The translations under genes were made by a program, and so were the position numbers. From a candidate division WOR-3 bacterium (GTDB lineage: Bacteria; Hydrothermota; UBA3072): a DNA stretch of 64,000 bases. The stretch covers positions 1,160 to 65,159 of the forward strand of contig JAFGHJ010000006.1 in NCBI GenBank assembly GCA_016930175.1, given 5' to 3'. The notes under the pieces are model-generated. The model ran no database searches. It saw only the letters and a program-made list of their open reading frames with translations, and had not been told where the DNA came from. Shown here piece after piece: positions 45,397-55,209 of the stretch (within the stretch, counting starts at the first letter, position 1; each line of letters opens with the position of its first letter).

Positions 45397-46374
45397 ATGG
45401 AGTTAAGCATAATCGGCGCGGGAAACTGGGGAATAAACCTGGTTAGAAATTTTAGTAAAATCTTAGGCTTGAATAGCGTCTCCGTTTGCGATTTAGATGA
45501 GAATAGACTCACTTTAGTAAAATCCGAGTATGCGGGCATAAAAACTTATAGGAAACCCGGCGAAATTATCGACATCAGCCAAATCAAGGCAGTTGTCATC
45601 TCTACTCCTGCCGAAACACATTATGAAATTGCGAAAAAGGCTCTACTCGCAGGTAAACACGTTTTTGTGGAAAAACCTTTATCTCTTGAAATAAAAGAAG
45701 CTGAAGAATTAATAGAAATCGCAGAAAAGAATAAATTAACCTTAATGGTAGATCACCTTCTTGTTTATCATCCCGTTGTTTGCGAAATTAAAAAACTAAT
45801 AGACAATGGAGAACTTGGAAGCATATATTATTTCTACAGTCAGAGGCTTAATCTAGGAGTAATACGTTCTAAGGAAAATGTTCTCTGGAGTCTCGGGCCT
45901 CATGATATTTCGGTTTTTTTGTATTTATTAAACGATTCCCCTGTTAGAATCGAAGCCTCTGGCGGAATATATGTCCAGGAAACTCAAAAAATCGAAGACG
46001 CTGTTTTTCTTCACTTAAATTTCTCTTCAGGCGTAGATGCTCACGCCCACTTAAGCTGGCTAGATCCTCATAAAGTCAGAAGATTGACTGTTGTAGGCGA
46101 TAAGAAAATGATCGTTTTCGACGATATGGAGCCGAGAAACAAATTGGCGATTTTTGACAAAGGTGTTGAATGGACAGAAAAAGGTGGAATCAGCGTTCGT
46201 TATGGTGATATTTGTTTGCCGAGTATTCGATTGTATGAACCTTTAAAGGCAGCCTGTGAACATTTCATCCATTGTATAGAGCAAGGAAAAAGACCAAAAA
46301 GCGATGGTAATAGTGGACTTGAAGTACTAAAGGTTCTGAAGAAGGCGCAAGAATCTCTGGAGAAAAACAAATAG
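45397..46374 (+). CDS. Gfo/Idh/MocA family oxidoreductase (WbpB-like sugar-nucleotide dehydrogenase candidate)
   Basis: IIGAGNWG Rossmann start, HVFVEKPL motif, GGAGG SD, and an adjacent hexapeptide acetyltransferase. Confidence 0.8.
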   Translation: MELSIIGAGNWGINLVRNFSKILGLNSVSVCDLDENRLTLVKSEYAGIKTYRKPGEIIDISQIKAVVISTPAETHYEIAKKALLAGKHVFVEKPLSLEIKEAEELIEIAEKNKLTLMVDHLLVYHPVVCEIKKLIDNGELGSIYYFYSQRLNLGVIRSKENVLWSLGPHDISVFLYLLNDSPVRIEASGGIYVQETQKIEDAVFLHLNFSSGVDAHAHLSWLDPHKVRRLTVVGDKKMIVFDDMEPRNKLAIFDKGVEWTEKGGISVRYGDICLPSIRLYEPLKAACEHFIHCIEQGKRPKSDGNSGLEVLKVLKKAQESLEKNK

Positions 46375-46950
46375 ATGGAATATTCTATACATGAATCATC
46401 ATTTGTAGATAAAAATGTTCGAATCGGAAAAGGAACAAAAATCTGGCATTTCTCCCATATATTATCCAACGTAAGCATTGGCAAAAACTGCATCATCGGT
46501 CAAAATGTGTGTGTAGGTCCAAATGTCAAAATCGGAAACAATGTAAAAATTCAGAATAATGTTTCAGTATATGAGGGAGTAACTTTGGAGGATGATGTTT
46601 TTTGTGGTCCCTCTATGGTTTTTACCAATGTTAATATTCCAAGATCGGCTCACCCCAAGAAAAAAAGCGAATATAAAAAAACACTTGTTCAGAAAGGTAC
46701 TACGATAGGGGCAAATTCTACTATAGTTTGTGGCATCACTCTGGGGAAGCACTGTCTCGTCGGAGCGGGTTCTGTTGTCACCCGAGATGTGCCTGGCCAC
46801 GCAATGGTCTATGGGGTACCAGCAAAAATCCAGGGGTGGGTGTGCGAATGCGGCAACAAAATTGTCTTTAATGAAAAGAAAACCACCTGCAATAAATGCG
46901 GTAAAACTTATAAAAAAATCAACAAACAAACAATTGAATTTATCGGTTAA
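46375..46950 (+). CDS. left-handed beta-helix (hexapeptide) N-acetyltransferase, WbpD/WlbB-like, with C-terminal CxC...CxxC
   Basis: Hexapeptide repeats throughout (IGKGTKI, IGKNCII, VGPNVKI, IGNNVKI). The tail is CECGNKIVFNEKKTTCNKCG. Confidence 0.8.
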   Translation: MEYSIHESSFVDKNVRIGKGTKIWHFSHILSNVSIGKNCIIGQNVCVGPNVKIGNNVKIQNNVSVYEGVTLEDDVFCGPSMVFTNVNIPRSAHPKKKSEYKKTLVQKGTTIGANSTIVCGITLGKHCLVGAGSVVTRDVPGHAMVYGVPAKIQGWVCECGNKIVFNEKKTTCNKCGKTYKKINKQTIEFIG

Positions 46951-46963
46951 ACAATAAAAACAC

Positions 46964-48592
46964 ATGGTTTTCTCTTTTTCCGAAAAACCAAAAATAAAGA
47001 GAAAAGATTGGATTAAAATTATCGTTTGTTCAATACCAATATTTTGTATCGGTCTTTACAAAGGCGGCGCAGCACATTTGGCTGTCTATCTTATGGGGCT
47101 TTATGCGATTATTCTTTTATCGGTTTTTTTATTTATAAATCAAGAAAGTCGTATTAAAAAAAACAGATTTCTCCTTCCTTTAGCTATTTTTACAGGCGCA
47201 TCACTCACTGTAACCTTATTATCTCCTGCTCTTTTATCCTCTATGGAAGGATTTTTAGAGTATTTTGCTTATCTGATTTTTTTTACTGCTTTACTTTTAA
47301 TTAAACCGGACAAAAAAGTACTTTTGTTAAGTGTTTTTATTTTTTGCCTGTCCGAACTTGTTGTATGTTTTTTTCAGCTCGGCTCCGGGAGGGTCAGCGG
47401 TACTTACGAATATGCAAATTTCTTCGTATTCCCCCTCATTTTTGGCTTTCTGTATAGTTTTAAGCTGGGAAACAAAACAATAAGATACTCCTTAATGATA
47501 TTGTTTTTTGTGTTCTCGGTTCTAACAGGCTCCAGAATCGTACTCGTTCTAATTCTCGTTTTGCCTTTTTTTCTTTTTGAGCGTAAAATTTTTGCGCTTA
47601 TTGCTCCAATTCTGATTGGGCTTGTCCTTCTTGTTCCTAACCCCATCAAGAAAAGAGTAATCGGAAAAGTCGAGGTATATTCTCTTCAGCGTCCGAATCT
47701 CTGGAAACAGGCAATAAGAACGGGACTGGACAGGCCTTTATCCGGCTGGGGATTAAGGAGTTATAAAAAGGCTTCACTTCGGTACAATTTCCCGGTTGAA
47801 GGAAAATATTTAAGGAAGGCAAGAATCGCACATAACGAATTTCTGCAATTTTTTGCCGAAGGCGGGATAATTTTATCCTTAGCCTATCTGTATTTATTCT
47901 TTGTGTTTTTTATGAATTTTAAAAAAATCGGCAAATTCGAGAGAATTCTAATAACGGTCATTTTTATCCATTCTCTTTTCGATAACGTTTTATACCTTCC
48001 CGCGAATTTTCTTATCTTTATAGTTATCCTTTTCTCGGCAGATGACTCGACGGGAGAATATAAAGTAAACTTTTCATTACCGTTTAAAGTTATATTCATT
48101 CTAATCTCTTTTATTTACCTGATACCATTGTCGGCTTATGTTTTAGAAAAAAAGGGAGAAATTGAATTTAACAGTCAAAAATACGGAAAAGCCATTTATT
48201 ATCTTTCTCTGGCAGAATCTTTATGGCCGCTGCCGAGTTACTCCACTTCTCTTGCCACCGTAAACGAGCAGCTGTTCCACGAAACCGGATTGCTTGGGTA
48301 TCTGTCTTTTGCTTTCTACCTTCACTCAAGAGCTATGGAAAGCAATCCGATTGATTGGGAATTACCCTTTAAAAAATATGAGTTCTTTAAACGGTATAAA
48401 CAAAATATCTATAATAAGGATGCTGCAGAAACTGCCGAATCTTTTCTTTTAGAGGCAATTGAATTAAACCCTAAAAACAGAATTTTATATGAAACATTAA
48501 TGAGAGATTATAAAGAAAGGGGCATGGAAGAAAAAGCAAAAGAAGTCGAACATAAAACCGATAGTATTTTTCCCCTCCAATTAACAAATTAG
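46964..48592 (+). CDS. O-antigen ligase family (Wzy_C) membrane protein with a C-terminal TPR-like region
   Basis: About 10 or more TM helices, a periplasmic-loop motif RIAHNEFLQFFAEGG, and a soluble helical tail (EAIELNPKNRILYETLMRDY). Confidence 0.8.
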   Translation: MVFSFSEKPKIKRKDWIKIIVCSIPIFCIGLYKGGAAHLAVYLMGLYAIILLSVFLFINQESRIKKNRFLLPLAIFTGASLTVTLLSPALLSSMEGFLEYFAYLIFFTALLLIKPDKKVLLLSVFIFCLSELVVCFFQLGSGRVSGTYEYANFFVFPLIFGFLYSFKLGNKTIRYSLMILFFVFSVLTGSRIVLVLILVLPFFLFERKIFALIAPILIGLVLLVPNPIKKRVIGKVEVYSLQRPNLWKQAIRTGLDRPLSGWGLRSYKKASLRYNFPVEGKYLRKARIAHNEFLQFFAEGGIILSLAYLYLFFVFFMNFKKIGKFERILITVIFIHSLFDNVLYLPANFLIFIVILFSADDSTGEYKVNFSLPFKVIFILISFIYLIPLSAYVLEKKGEIEFNSQKYGKAIYYLSLAESLWPLPSYSTSLATVNEQLFHETGLLGYLSFAFYLHSRAMESNPIDWELPFKKYEFFKRYKQNIYNKDAAETAESFLLEAIELNPKNRILYETLMRDYKERGMEEKAKEVEHKTDSIFPLQLTN

Positions 48593-48603
48593 AACTAACA
48601 ATT

Positions 48604-48630
48604 AAAACCTAAGACCGAAAACCTAACACC
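48604..48630 (+). repeat. 27-nt dispersed repeat, second copy
   Basis: AAAACCTAAGACCGAAAACCTAACACC matches the rc of 15279-15305. Confidence 0.7.
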
Positions 48631-48634
48631 TAAT

Positions 48635-49606
48635 CTAGTAAATGTTTGATAAAAGTCTATGTAATTTGTATCTTTCGAAATCTATTTCTTTATGCCCGGT
48701 AACCGACTGTTCGAGGTCCATTGTTGTGATCTCTTCACCATGGAGTCCAACCATTACCGGTCTCGTGGGGGAAGTCTTTATTAATTCGTAAGCGTGGCTC
48801 GCGAACTCGACCGCCAGCATCCTGCTTCTTCTTGTCGGTGCTCCTCCTCTTTGTATATAACCGAGAGACGATTTTCTGGTTGAGCATTTGGTTTTTTCTT
48901 CTATTAAAGAAGGAATTTTCTCTTTCCCCTCAACACCTTCTGCCATAACTATTATCGCATCATTTTGGCCTTTTCCCTTTTCTCTTTTAAGCCCTTCGAC
49001 TATTTCTGAAATAGGTAATTCTACTTCAGGAATTAGTATTGCATCTGCCCCAGAGACTATACCTACCTCAAGTGCAAGAAAACCTCTTTTCTTTCCCATT
49101 ACCTCGACAACAAAAATTCTTTCGAAAGATATAGCCGTATCTTTTATTTTGTTAATTGCCTCAAGAGCAGTGTTGCAGGCTGTATCGAATCCTATTGTTT
49201 CATCCGTCCCATAGATGTCGTTATCTATCGAAGCGGGAATACCCACAACAGGCACTCCTGAATGTTTATTAAGAGACATTGCCCCTTTAAAAGAACCGTC
49301 TCCACCGATAACAATCAGTCCTTCTATTTTCTCTTTTAGAAGATTTTTTGCCGCTTCTTTTACAACTTTTTCTTCTTTAAATGAAGGCATTCTTGCCGAA
49401 TGTAGTATGGTACCGCTTACACCCATGATTGTATCGGAACGGGTCCTGGAAAAATCGAAATAATCTTCTTTTATCAGACCGCTGTATCCGTCATTAATAC
49501 CAATTAGTTGTCCTGTTTCGTTTCTGCAAAGCCTTAAGACTGTTCCAATTGCCGTGTTCATCCCCGGCGCATCCCCTCCGGGCGTTACAATTCCTATTTT
49601 TTTCAT
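48635..49606 (-). CDS. pfkA: ATP-dependent 6-phosphofructokinase
   Basis: IGIVTPGGDAPGMN, IGGDGS, GIPASIDND and LGYIQRGG motifs. Confidence 0.95.
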   Translation of the reverse strand: MKKIGIVTPGGDAPGMNTAIGTVLRLCRNETGQLIGINDGYSGLIKEDYFDFSRTRSDTIMGVSGTILHSARMPSFKEEKVVKEAAKNLLKEKIEGLIVIGGDGSFKGAMSLNKHSGVPVVGIPASIDNDIYGTDETIGFDTACNTALEAINKIKDTAISFERIFVVEVMGKKRGFLALEVGIVSGADAILIPEVELPISEIVEGLKREKGKGQNDAIIVMAEGVEGKEKIPSLIEEKTKCSTRKSSLGYIQRGGAPTRRSRMLAVEFASHAYELIKTSPTRPVMVGLHGEEITTMDLEQSVTGHKEIDFERYKLHRLLSNIY

Positions 49607-49612
49607 ATATTT

Positions 49613-49640
49613 ATGGTAGCGGAAAATAAGCTAATGTCAA
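49613..49640 (-). promoter_or_regulatory. sigma70-type promoter for pfkA
   Basis: The minus strand reads TTGACA-16 nt-TACCAT-AAATAT-ATG. No SD is present. Confidence 0.5.
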
Positions 49641-49740
49641 GAGTGTTTGTTAAGAAGTGTTTGGTCTCCAGATTTAACTTTTTAGTTGGTTGGGGTGGAG
49701 TTAAAAAACAAAATAAATTAGAAGGTTGAGAGTGGAGTGA

Positions 49741-49768
49741 CTCCGTGTCCTCTGTGTCTCTGTGTGAG
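49741..49768 (-). repeat. CACAGAG heptad triplet in minus orientation
   Basis: The rc reads CTCACACAGAGACACAGAGGACACGGAG. It lies between the divergent pfkA and glyA promoters. Confidence 0.75.
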
Positions 49769-49799
49769 ATTAATTTTTGGTAAGGAGGGGTTTTTAGAC

Positions 49800-49827
49800 T
49801 TGACAAGGAAAATTATCAAAATATAAT
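49800..49827 (+). promoter_or_regulatory. sigma70-type promoter for glyA
   Basis: TTGACA (49800-49805)-16 nt-TATAAT (49822-49827). Confidence 0.6.
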
Positions 49828-49868
49828 AGTGGCAGAACCTGAAATTTTAAAAAGAGGGGTATTAAAAC

Positions 49869-51131
49869 ATGGATAAACTATATAAAACGGACCCTGAAGT
49901 CTACAAAGCCATAATTGGGGAAGCTACCAGGGAACACGATAATCTCGAGCTTATAGCTTCCGAGAATTTTGTGTCGATTGCTGTGCTCGAGGCTATGGGT
50001 TCGGTAATGACAAACAAATACGCGGAAGGCTATCCAGGCAAGAGATACTACGGCGGATGCAAATGGATGGATGTGGTAGAGAATCTTGCTATCGAAAGAG
50101 CTAAGAAACTATTCGGCGCAGAACACGTAAATGTCCAACCTCTCTCCGGAGTACCGGCTAACATGGCAATATACTCGGCTCTACTCGACCCAGGTGATTT
50201 ATTTTTCGGACTTTCTCTTTCACATGGCGGACACCTCTCTCACGGTTATAAAGTGAGCTTCACCGGCACTTTTTGGGAAACCATTCAGTACACCGTAGAC
50301 CCTAAAACGGAGCAGATAAATTATGATGAACTGCTAAAACTGGCGAGAGAGAAAAAGCCTAAGCTGATTATGACCGGTGCGTCTGCCTATCCAAGGACAC
50401 TTCACTGGGACAAATTCAAAGAAATTTGTGACGAGGTGGGAGCATACCTCGTGGCTGATATTGCCCATATCGCAGGACTTATTGCCGCCGGAGAGCATCC
50501 CTCGCCAATACCTTACGCGGAGGCAGTATCGACCACCACGCATAAAACGCTCAGAGGTCCGAGAAGCGCAATAATCCTCTGCAAGGAGAAATGGGCAAAA
50601 GCTATAGATAAAGCCATTTTCCCGGGTCTGCAGGGTGGGCCTCATATGCATACGATTGCCGCAAAAGCCGTTGCGTTCAAGGAAGCTCTCTCTCCTGAAT
50701 TCAAAAAATACCAGCATCAGATAAAATTAAACGCTAAAGCATTCGAGCAAGAGTTTAAGAGATTAGGATGGAGGCTTGTTGCCGATGGTACTGATACTCA
50801 TTTAATACTCGTAGATGTAAAAAGCAAGGGCATCACAGGCAAACAGGCTGAGGAAGCTCTGGATAAGGCAAAAATAACCGTAAATAAAAATACGATTCCG
50901 TTTGATAAAGAAAAACCATTTATAGCAAGCGGCATAAGAATAGGGACCCCTGCCTTAACCTCCAGGGGAATAAAAGAAGAAGAAATAAAGAAAATAGCTC
51001 AGTTGATTGATAAGGTTCTTACAAACATCGACGATGAAAAAGTAACAGAAAAAGTAAAAGTGGAAGTTAAAGAAATAGCAGAAGAATTTCCTTTATACCC
51101 ACAAATCAGACAAGGAAGAAAGGAGGACTGA
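49869..51131 (+). CDS. glyA: serine hydroxymethyltransferase
   Basis: [20 protein letters not shown] and [11 protein letters not shown] (PLP lysine) motifs. Confidence 0.97.
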   Translation: MDKLYKTDPEVYKAIIGEATREHDNLELIASENFVSIAVLEAMGSVMTNKYAEGYPGKRYYGGCKWMDVVENLAIERAKKLFGAEHVNVQPLSGVPANMAIYSALLDPGDLFFGLSLSHGGHLSHGYKVSFTGTFWETIQYTVDPKTEQINYDELLKLAREKKPKLIMTGASAYPRTLHWDKFKEICDEVGAYLVADIAHIAGLIAAGEHPSPIPYAEAVSTTTHKTLRGPRSAIILCKEKWAKAIDKAIFPGLQGGPHMHTIAAKAVAFKEALSPEFKKYQHQIKLNAKAFEQEFKRLGWRLVADGTDTHLILVDVKSKGITGKQAEEALDKAKITVNKNTIPFDKEKPFIASGIRIGTPALTSRGIKEEEIKKIAQLIDKVLTNIDDEKVTEKVKVEVKEIAEEFPLYPQIRQGRKED

Positions 51132-52198
51132 TGTACAGAAAATTATTTATTCCCGGCCCGACAGAAGTCAGGGAAGATGTTAGAAAAGCAATGGATTTCC
51201 CGATGTTTGGACACAGGATGCCAGAAACTTCGAAGTTAATGGAAGAAACGGTGGCGAAACTCCAGAAGATTCTTTTCACGAATAATTTTATGATTATAGG
51301 AACTTGTTCTGGAACCGGTTTGATGGAAGCGGCAGTCAGAAATTGTGTAAAAAAGGCAGCTCTTCATTCAATATGCGGAGCTTTCGGCAAAAGATGGGCT
51401 GGAATATCGAAAAGCTGTAAAAAAGACTACGAAGTTCTGGAATACGAATGGGGTAAAGGCATTTCTCCTGAAGATATAGAAAAAAAACTAAAAACAGGTA
51501 AATTCGATACAGTGTTTATAACCCATAATGAAACCTCAACCGGTGTGTTGAATCCGCTGAAAGAAGTAGCAGAGGTAGTAAGCAAATATCCGGATGTGGT
51601 TTTATGCGTTGACGCCGTGTCTTCTATGGCAGGTACCGAGATAAGAGTCGATGATTGGGGGATTGATTATATCCTTACTTCTTCACAGAAATGTTTTGCT
51701 CTTCCTCCGGGACTGTCAATCGCTTCCGTAAACGAAAAAGCAATGCAGCGCTCCGCCGAGGTGGACGATAAAGGATACTATTTTGACTTTCTTGAGTACA
51801 AGAAATACTGGGATAAGGCAAAGCAGCCGTCTATAACAGCTGCCCTTAATTTGATTGCCGCTCTTAACTACCAGCTGGACAAGATAGTAAACCAGGAAGG
51901 TATAGAAAACCGCTTTAAAAGACACGCCGAGATGGCCTCGATAGTTCAAAACTGGGCAAGAGAAAACTTTTCGCTTTTCGCAGATGAAAACAATCTTTCG
52001 CCCACAGTAACATGCATAAATAACACCAAAGGAATTTCAATTAAAGGTCTTAACGAGGAGCTATCCAAGAGTGGCGCATACATTTCTAACGGATACGGGG
52101 ACTTAAAAGAGAAAACATTTAGAATTGCGCATATGGGTGATTTGACTGTCGAGGAAATCAATTGGCTTTTAGGCGAAATTGAAGACATAATCGGTTAG
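51131..52198 (+). CDS. class V aminotransferase (serine-pyruvate / alanine-glyoxylate aminotransferase family)
   Basis: FIPGPTEV start, THNETSTG and SSQKCFALPPG (PLP lysine) motifs. Confidence 0.8.
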   Translation: MYRKLFIPGPTEVREDVRKAMDFPMFGHRMPETSKLMEETVAKLQKILFTNNFMIIGTCSGTGLMEAAVRNCVKKAALHSICGAFGKRWAGISKSCKKDYEVLEYEWGKGISPEDIEKKLKTGKFDTVFITHNETSTGVLNPLKEVAEVVSKYPDVVLCVDAVSSMAGTEIRVDDWGIDYILTSSQKCFALPPGLSIASVNEKAMQRSAEVDDKGYYFDFLEYKKYWDKAKQPSITAALNLIAALNYQLDKIVNQEGIENRFKRHAEMASIVQNWARENFSLFADENNLSPTVTCINNTKGISIKGLNEELSKSGAYISNGYGDLKEKTFRIAHMGDLTVEEINWLLGEIEDIIG

Positions 52199-52219
52199 GG
52201 GGAATTGCAAGATGGAAAA

Positions 52220-52243
52220 GGGCCGTGTAACCGGCCCTTTTTT
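52220..52243 (+). terminator. intrinsic terminator
   Basis: GGGCCG-TGTAAC-CGGCCC stem-loop followed by T6, 22 nt after the stop. Confidence 0.8.
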
Positions 52244-52290
52244 ATTCCGCTCAAAAATTTTGAAAACAGTAAAAGTTTTAATTTGGACTC

Positions 52291-52319
52291 TTGACTTTCA
52301 AATCTAATTTTTGTAACAT
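52291..52319 (+). promoter_or_regulatory. sigma70-type promoter for the MCP gene
   Basis: TTGACT-17 nt-TAACAT. Confidence 0.45.
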
Positions 52320-52336
52320 TATTGTTAGGAGGTTTA

Positions 52337-53986
52337 ATGATAAAATTTAATTCATTAAAAGTTCAGATTTCCGTGCTTTTAATTGCTATAATTTTAACGT
52401 TAAACATACTGACTTTAATATTAGCCCATAATATTGTAAAATCAGAGTTCAACACTATTCTAAAAAGCAGAGGTGAAAACATACTTAGTTCAATTAATGC
52501 CACTTTAGAATTCAGTTTGAATTCTAAAAATCCTTCTTTTCTTGAGTCCTCACTCTCGGAGCTTTCGGAAAGAAAAGATCTTTTGTATTTAAAAGTATAC
52601 GATTTATCCGGGAATGTATTCACCGAAATAGGAAAAATCCAAATAACCGATACGCTGTCGGAAGAAATTATGGCTAAAATAAAAGAAGGAGAAACAATTG
52701 CACCAGTTAAGGAAATAGAAGACCAGAGACTCCTTGATTGTTATTTTCCCGTTTACGGAGGAATGAGAGCAGACAAAGTAATCGGAGTTTTCAGAACAGG
52801 AATATCTCTTCAGGAATCTTTTTCGGTTACAAAGAGACTTTCCTCAGCTTTGCTTAAAATTCTTCTTGTCATTACCATAATTTCTCTCCTCGGAACTTTA
52901 GAACTATTGAATTATTTTTTCCGTCCTTTAAACAAATTGAGAGAGAATTTAAAAAACATAGCCGAAGGAAGAGCAGATATTCATGTCAGAATATCCGAAA
53001 AGTTTCTTACCGCAGAAAGCAAAGAACTGGCTGCTTCCTTCAATCAATTCGTGGATAAATTAGAGAAGGATAAGGATGCAATTCGTCAGGTTACCGAAAG
53101 GATTTCCGCTCAGGCCGAAGAACTCTCTGCTTCTGCCGAGGAGATGACTGCTTCCGCGGAAGAGGTTTCTTCTACTATGGAGCAAATTGCGCATGCTTCG
53201 GAGAAACAGGCACAGGAATCACAGATTGCATCCGGTATGTCCCAAAAAGCTCTAACGGTAGTCCGCCAATCTTTAGATTCAGCACAGGAAACCCTAAGTT
53301 CTTCCGAGAATATCTCTGAACTTTCAGGAAAAGGGAAAAAATCTTCAGAAGCAGTTAGGGTTGCCATGGATAACGTAACAAACACCATTCATGAATTGGA
53401 AAAAGTAATTCAGGGTATAGCGCGGTATTCGGAAGAAATACTGGGAATAACAGAAAAGGTGCGAGAAATAAGCAAAAGAACGAACATCCTTGCACTTAAC
53501 GCTACCATAGAAGCGACAAAAGCAGGAGAAACAGGAAGAGGTTTTGCTGTGGTAGCAGAGGAAATAAGAAAACTGGCAAATCAATCTTCCGAAGCTACCA
53601 GAGTAATTTCTGAGATAACAAATGAGATTTCCGGAGTGATAAATTTGGTAACACAAAAAACACAGGAAACCGTGGAAGAAGTAAATAAAGGCAAAGAAAC
53701 CTCTCTAAAATCAGCTGATTTCTTGAAAGACATTGCCGCCGAGATAAATCATATAACAAAAAGGATTAGACAGATTGCCGAAATCAACAAAAGAGGAGAA
53801 GAGGAAGTCAATACAATTACGGAAGCGCTTGAAAATATTGCAGCAATAGCAGAAGAAAACGCCGCGTCTTCCGAAGAATTATCCGCAGCGATAGAAGAGT
53901 TGTCGGCTTCAGTCGAAGAACTCTCTACAACCTCGCAGGAAACTGCTGACATTGCCGAAAATCTACATAAAATTACAAGCGGTTAA
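52337..53986 (+). CDS. methyl-accepting chemotaxis protein
   Basis: N-terminal TM helix, periplasmic domain, second TM helix and HAMP. The conserved signalling hairpin is [34 protein letters not shown] 52337 follows AGGAGG. Confidence 0.9.
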   Translation: MIKFNSLKVQISVLLIAIILTLNILTLILAHNIVKSEFNTILKSRGENILSSINATLEFSLNSKNPSFLESSLSELSERKDLLYLKVYDLSGNVFTEIGKIQITDTLSEEIMAKIKEGETIAPVKEIEDQRLLDCYFPVYGGMRADKVIGVFRTGISLQESFSVTKRLSSALLKILLVITIISLLGTLELLNYFFRPLNKLRENLKNIAEGRADIHVRISEKFLTAESKELAASFNQFVDKLEKDKDAIRQVTERISAQAEELSASAEEMTASAEEVSSTMEQIAHASEKQAQESQIASGMSQKALTVVRQSLDSAQETLSSSENISELSGKGKKSSEAVRVAMDNVTNTIHELEKVIQGIARYSEEILGITEKVREISKRTNILALNATIEATKAGETGRGFAVVAEEIRKLANQSSEATRVISEITNEISGVINLVTQKTQETVEEVNKGKETSLKSADFLKDIAAEINHITKRIRQIAEINKRGEEEVNTITEALENIAAIAEENAASSEELSAAIEELSASVEELSTTSQETADIAENLHKITSG

Positions 53987-53998
53987 CATAAACAGCCA

Positions 53999-55192
53999 AT
54001 GGGATTGATTTACACATTAGCAGGAAGCCTATTTGTTTATTCTCTAATTGTTTTACTGACCAAGAAACAGAGAGAAGAAGTCAAAAGTATAGCTTATTAT
54101 TCTGCCTTGCCTCTTTGTTTAATTCTATTTGGTCTTATATTTTACAAAATAGGATTTCTTACGGAAGAATATTTTAAAAAGGTAGCTTTCTTTTCTCTTT
54201 ATACATTTGTTTTTCTTTTTTTTCTGTCTCTTTTAATGAATTTCCGGCGAAACAAAACCAATCTAAAGCTTATTACGACACTTGGCATTTTTGTAATAGC
54301 AGTTGCGATTCTTCATAAGTCAGGTTATATGAATACTGTAATATTTTTCCTTTCTACTCCCAGAATTAATATCGGGGATAAGAAGATAAGTTTAAACGGA
54401 TTTATCGTAGCATTATTGATTTTCTACTTATCCTTCAGACTGTCTAAAGGATTAGAAAGATCCGCAAAATCACGCCTTGAAAAAGTACCTTTTCTCGACA
54501 TAACGAGAACTAATACCATCTCAATGTTGGTTCGTTACACGATAATAATAATAGGAGTCTTTGTAGCTTTTGCAATAGTAAACATAGACTTTACTTCCCT
54601 TAAAGTATTAATTGGAGCTCTCGGTGTGGGTATCGGGTTTGGCCTTAGAGAAATAGTGAACAACCTTATAAGCGGATTTATCTTGCTTTCTGACAAGACT
54701 ATAGTTCATAACGATCTAATCGAAGTTAATGGTCTTCTGGGAAGGGTGGAGGAGGTTGGAATCAGGACAACTACAATAAAGACATTTAACAATGTTGAAG
54801 TAATCGTTCCAAATACTAACCTCGTTAACAACCAATTGGTCAACTATACCCATTCTGATCCTGTAATTAGATTAGACATTCCTATTGGTGTATCTTATTC
54901 TTCTGACCCTTTTAAAGTTAAAGAGGCTTTGATTGAGAATTTATCGAAACTTGAAAATATATTGAAGAAACCAGAAGTTATTGTATACTTTACTAACTTT
55001 GGAGAAAGCTCTCTAAATTTTCAGGTTTCCGTTTGGACAGACAATGCATTGAAAAAGATAGAAATTGAAAGTGAAATACGTTACGCGATATGGAAAACAT
55101 TAAAAGAAAACAATATAGAAATTCCTTTCCCGCAGTTAGACGTACATGTTAAAGAAGGAGAAAAGAAAGAAGTAAAAAAGCAGACCGAATAA
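53999..55192 (+). CDS. MscS-family mechanosensitive channel
   Basis: Multiple TM helices, then GVGIGFGLREIVNNLISGFILL (pore-lining TM3) and a beta-domain. Confidence 0.85.
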   Translation: MGLIYTLAGSLFVYSLIVLLTKKQREEVKSIAYYSALPLCLILFGLIFYKIGFLTEEYFKKVAFFSLYTFVFLFFLSLLMNFRRNKTNLKLITTLGIFVIAVAILHKSGYMNTVIFFLSTPRINIGDKKISLNGFIVALLIFYLSFRLSKGLERSAKSRLEKVPFLDITRTNTISMLVRYTIIIIGVFVAFAIVNIDFTSLKVLIGALGVGIGFGLREIVNNLISGFILLSDKTIVHNDLIEVNGLLGRVEEVGIRTTTIKTFNNVEVIVPNTNLVNNQLVNYTHSDPVIRLDIPIGVSYSSDPFKVKEALIENLSKLENILKKPEVIVYFTNFGESSLNFQVSVWTDNALKKIEIESEIRYAIWKTLKENNIEIPFPQLDVHVKEGEKKEVKKQTE

Positions 55193-55209
55193 ATCTTTCA
55201 AGAAAAGTT

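Noticed and set aside
45291-45539. 82-aa minus-strand ORF spanning the 45350 promoter and the start of the oxidoreductase gene
   Set aside because: It overlaps a clear promoter/SD/ATG arrangement on the plus strand and has no recognisable domain.
46564-46965. 133-aa minus-strand ORF and 75-aa plus-strand ORF over the acetyltransferase gene
   Set aside because: The hexapeptide-repeat CDS on the plus strand explains the region, so these are shadow or alternative-frame ORFs.
23884-48592. Mobile genomic island or prophage carrying the glycan locus
   Set aside because: No integrase, transposase, phage gene or flanking direct repeat was seen. The nearest tRNA gene is 5 kb away from the locus boundary.
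49607-49868. Possible riboswitch or sRNA in the 262-nt pfkA-glyA spacer
   Set aside because: The spacer is accounted for by two divergent promoters plus a CACAGAG repeat. The glyA leader is only about 35 nt and shows no conserved aptamer-like structure.
53110-53952. Antisense ORFs within the MCP gene (92, 103 and 67 aa)
   Set aside because: They are generated by the Ala/Glu/Ser-rich coiled-coil coding repeats of the MCP, which is the real gene.
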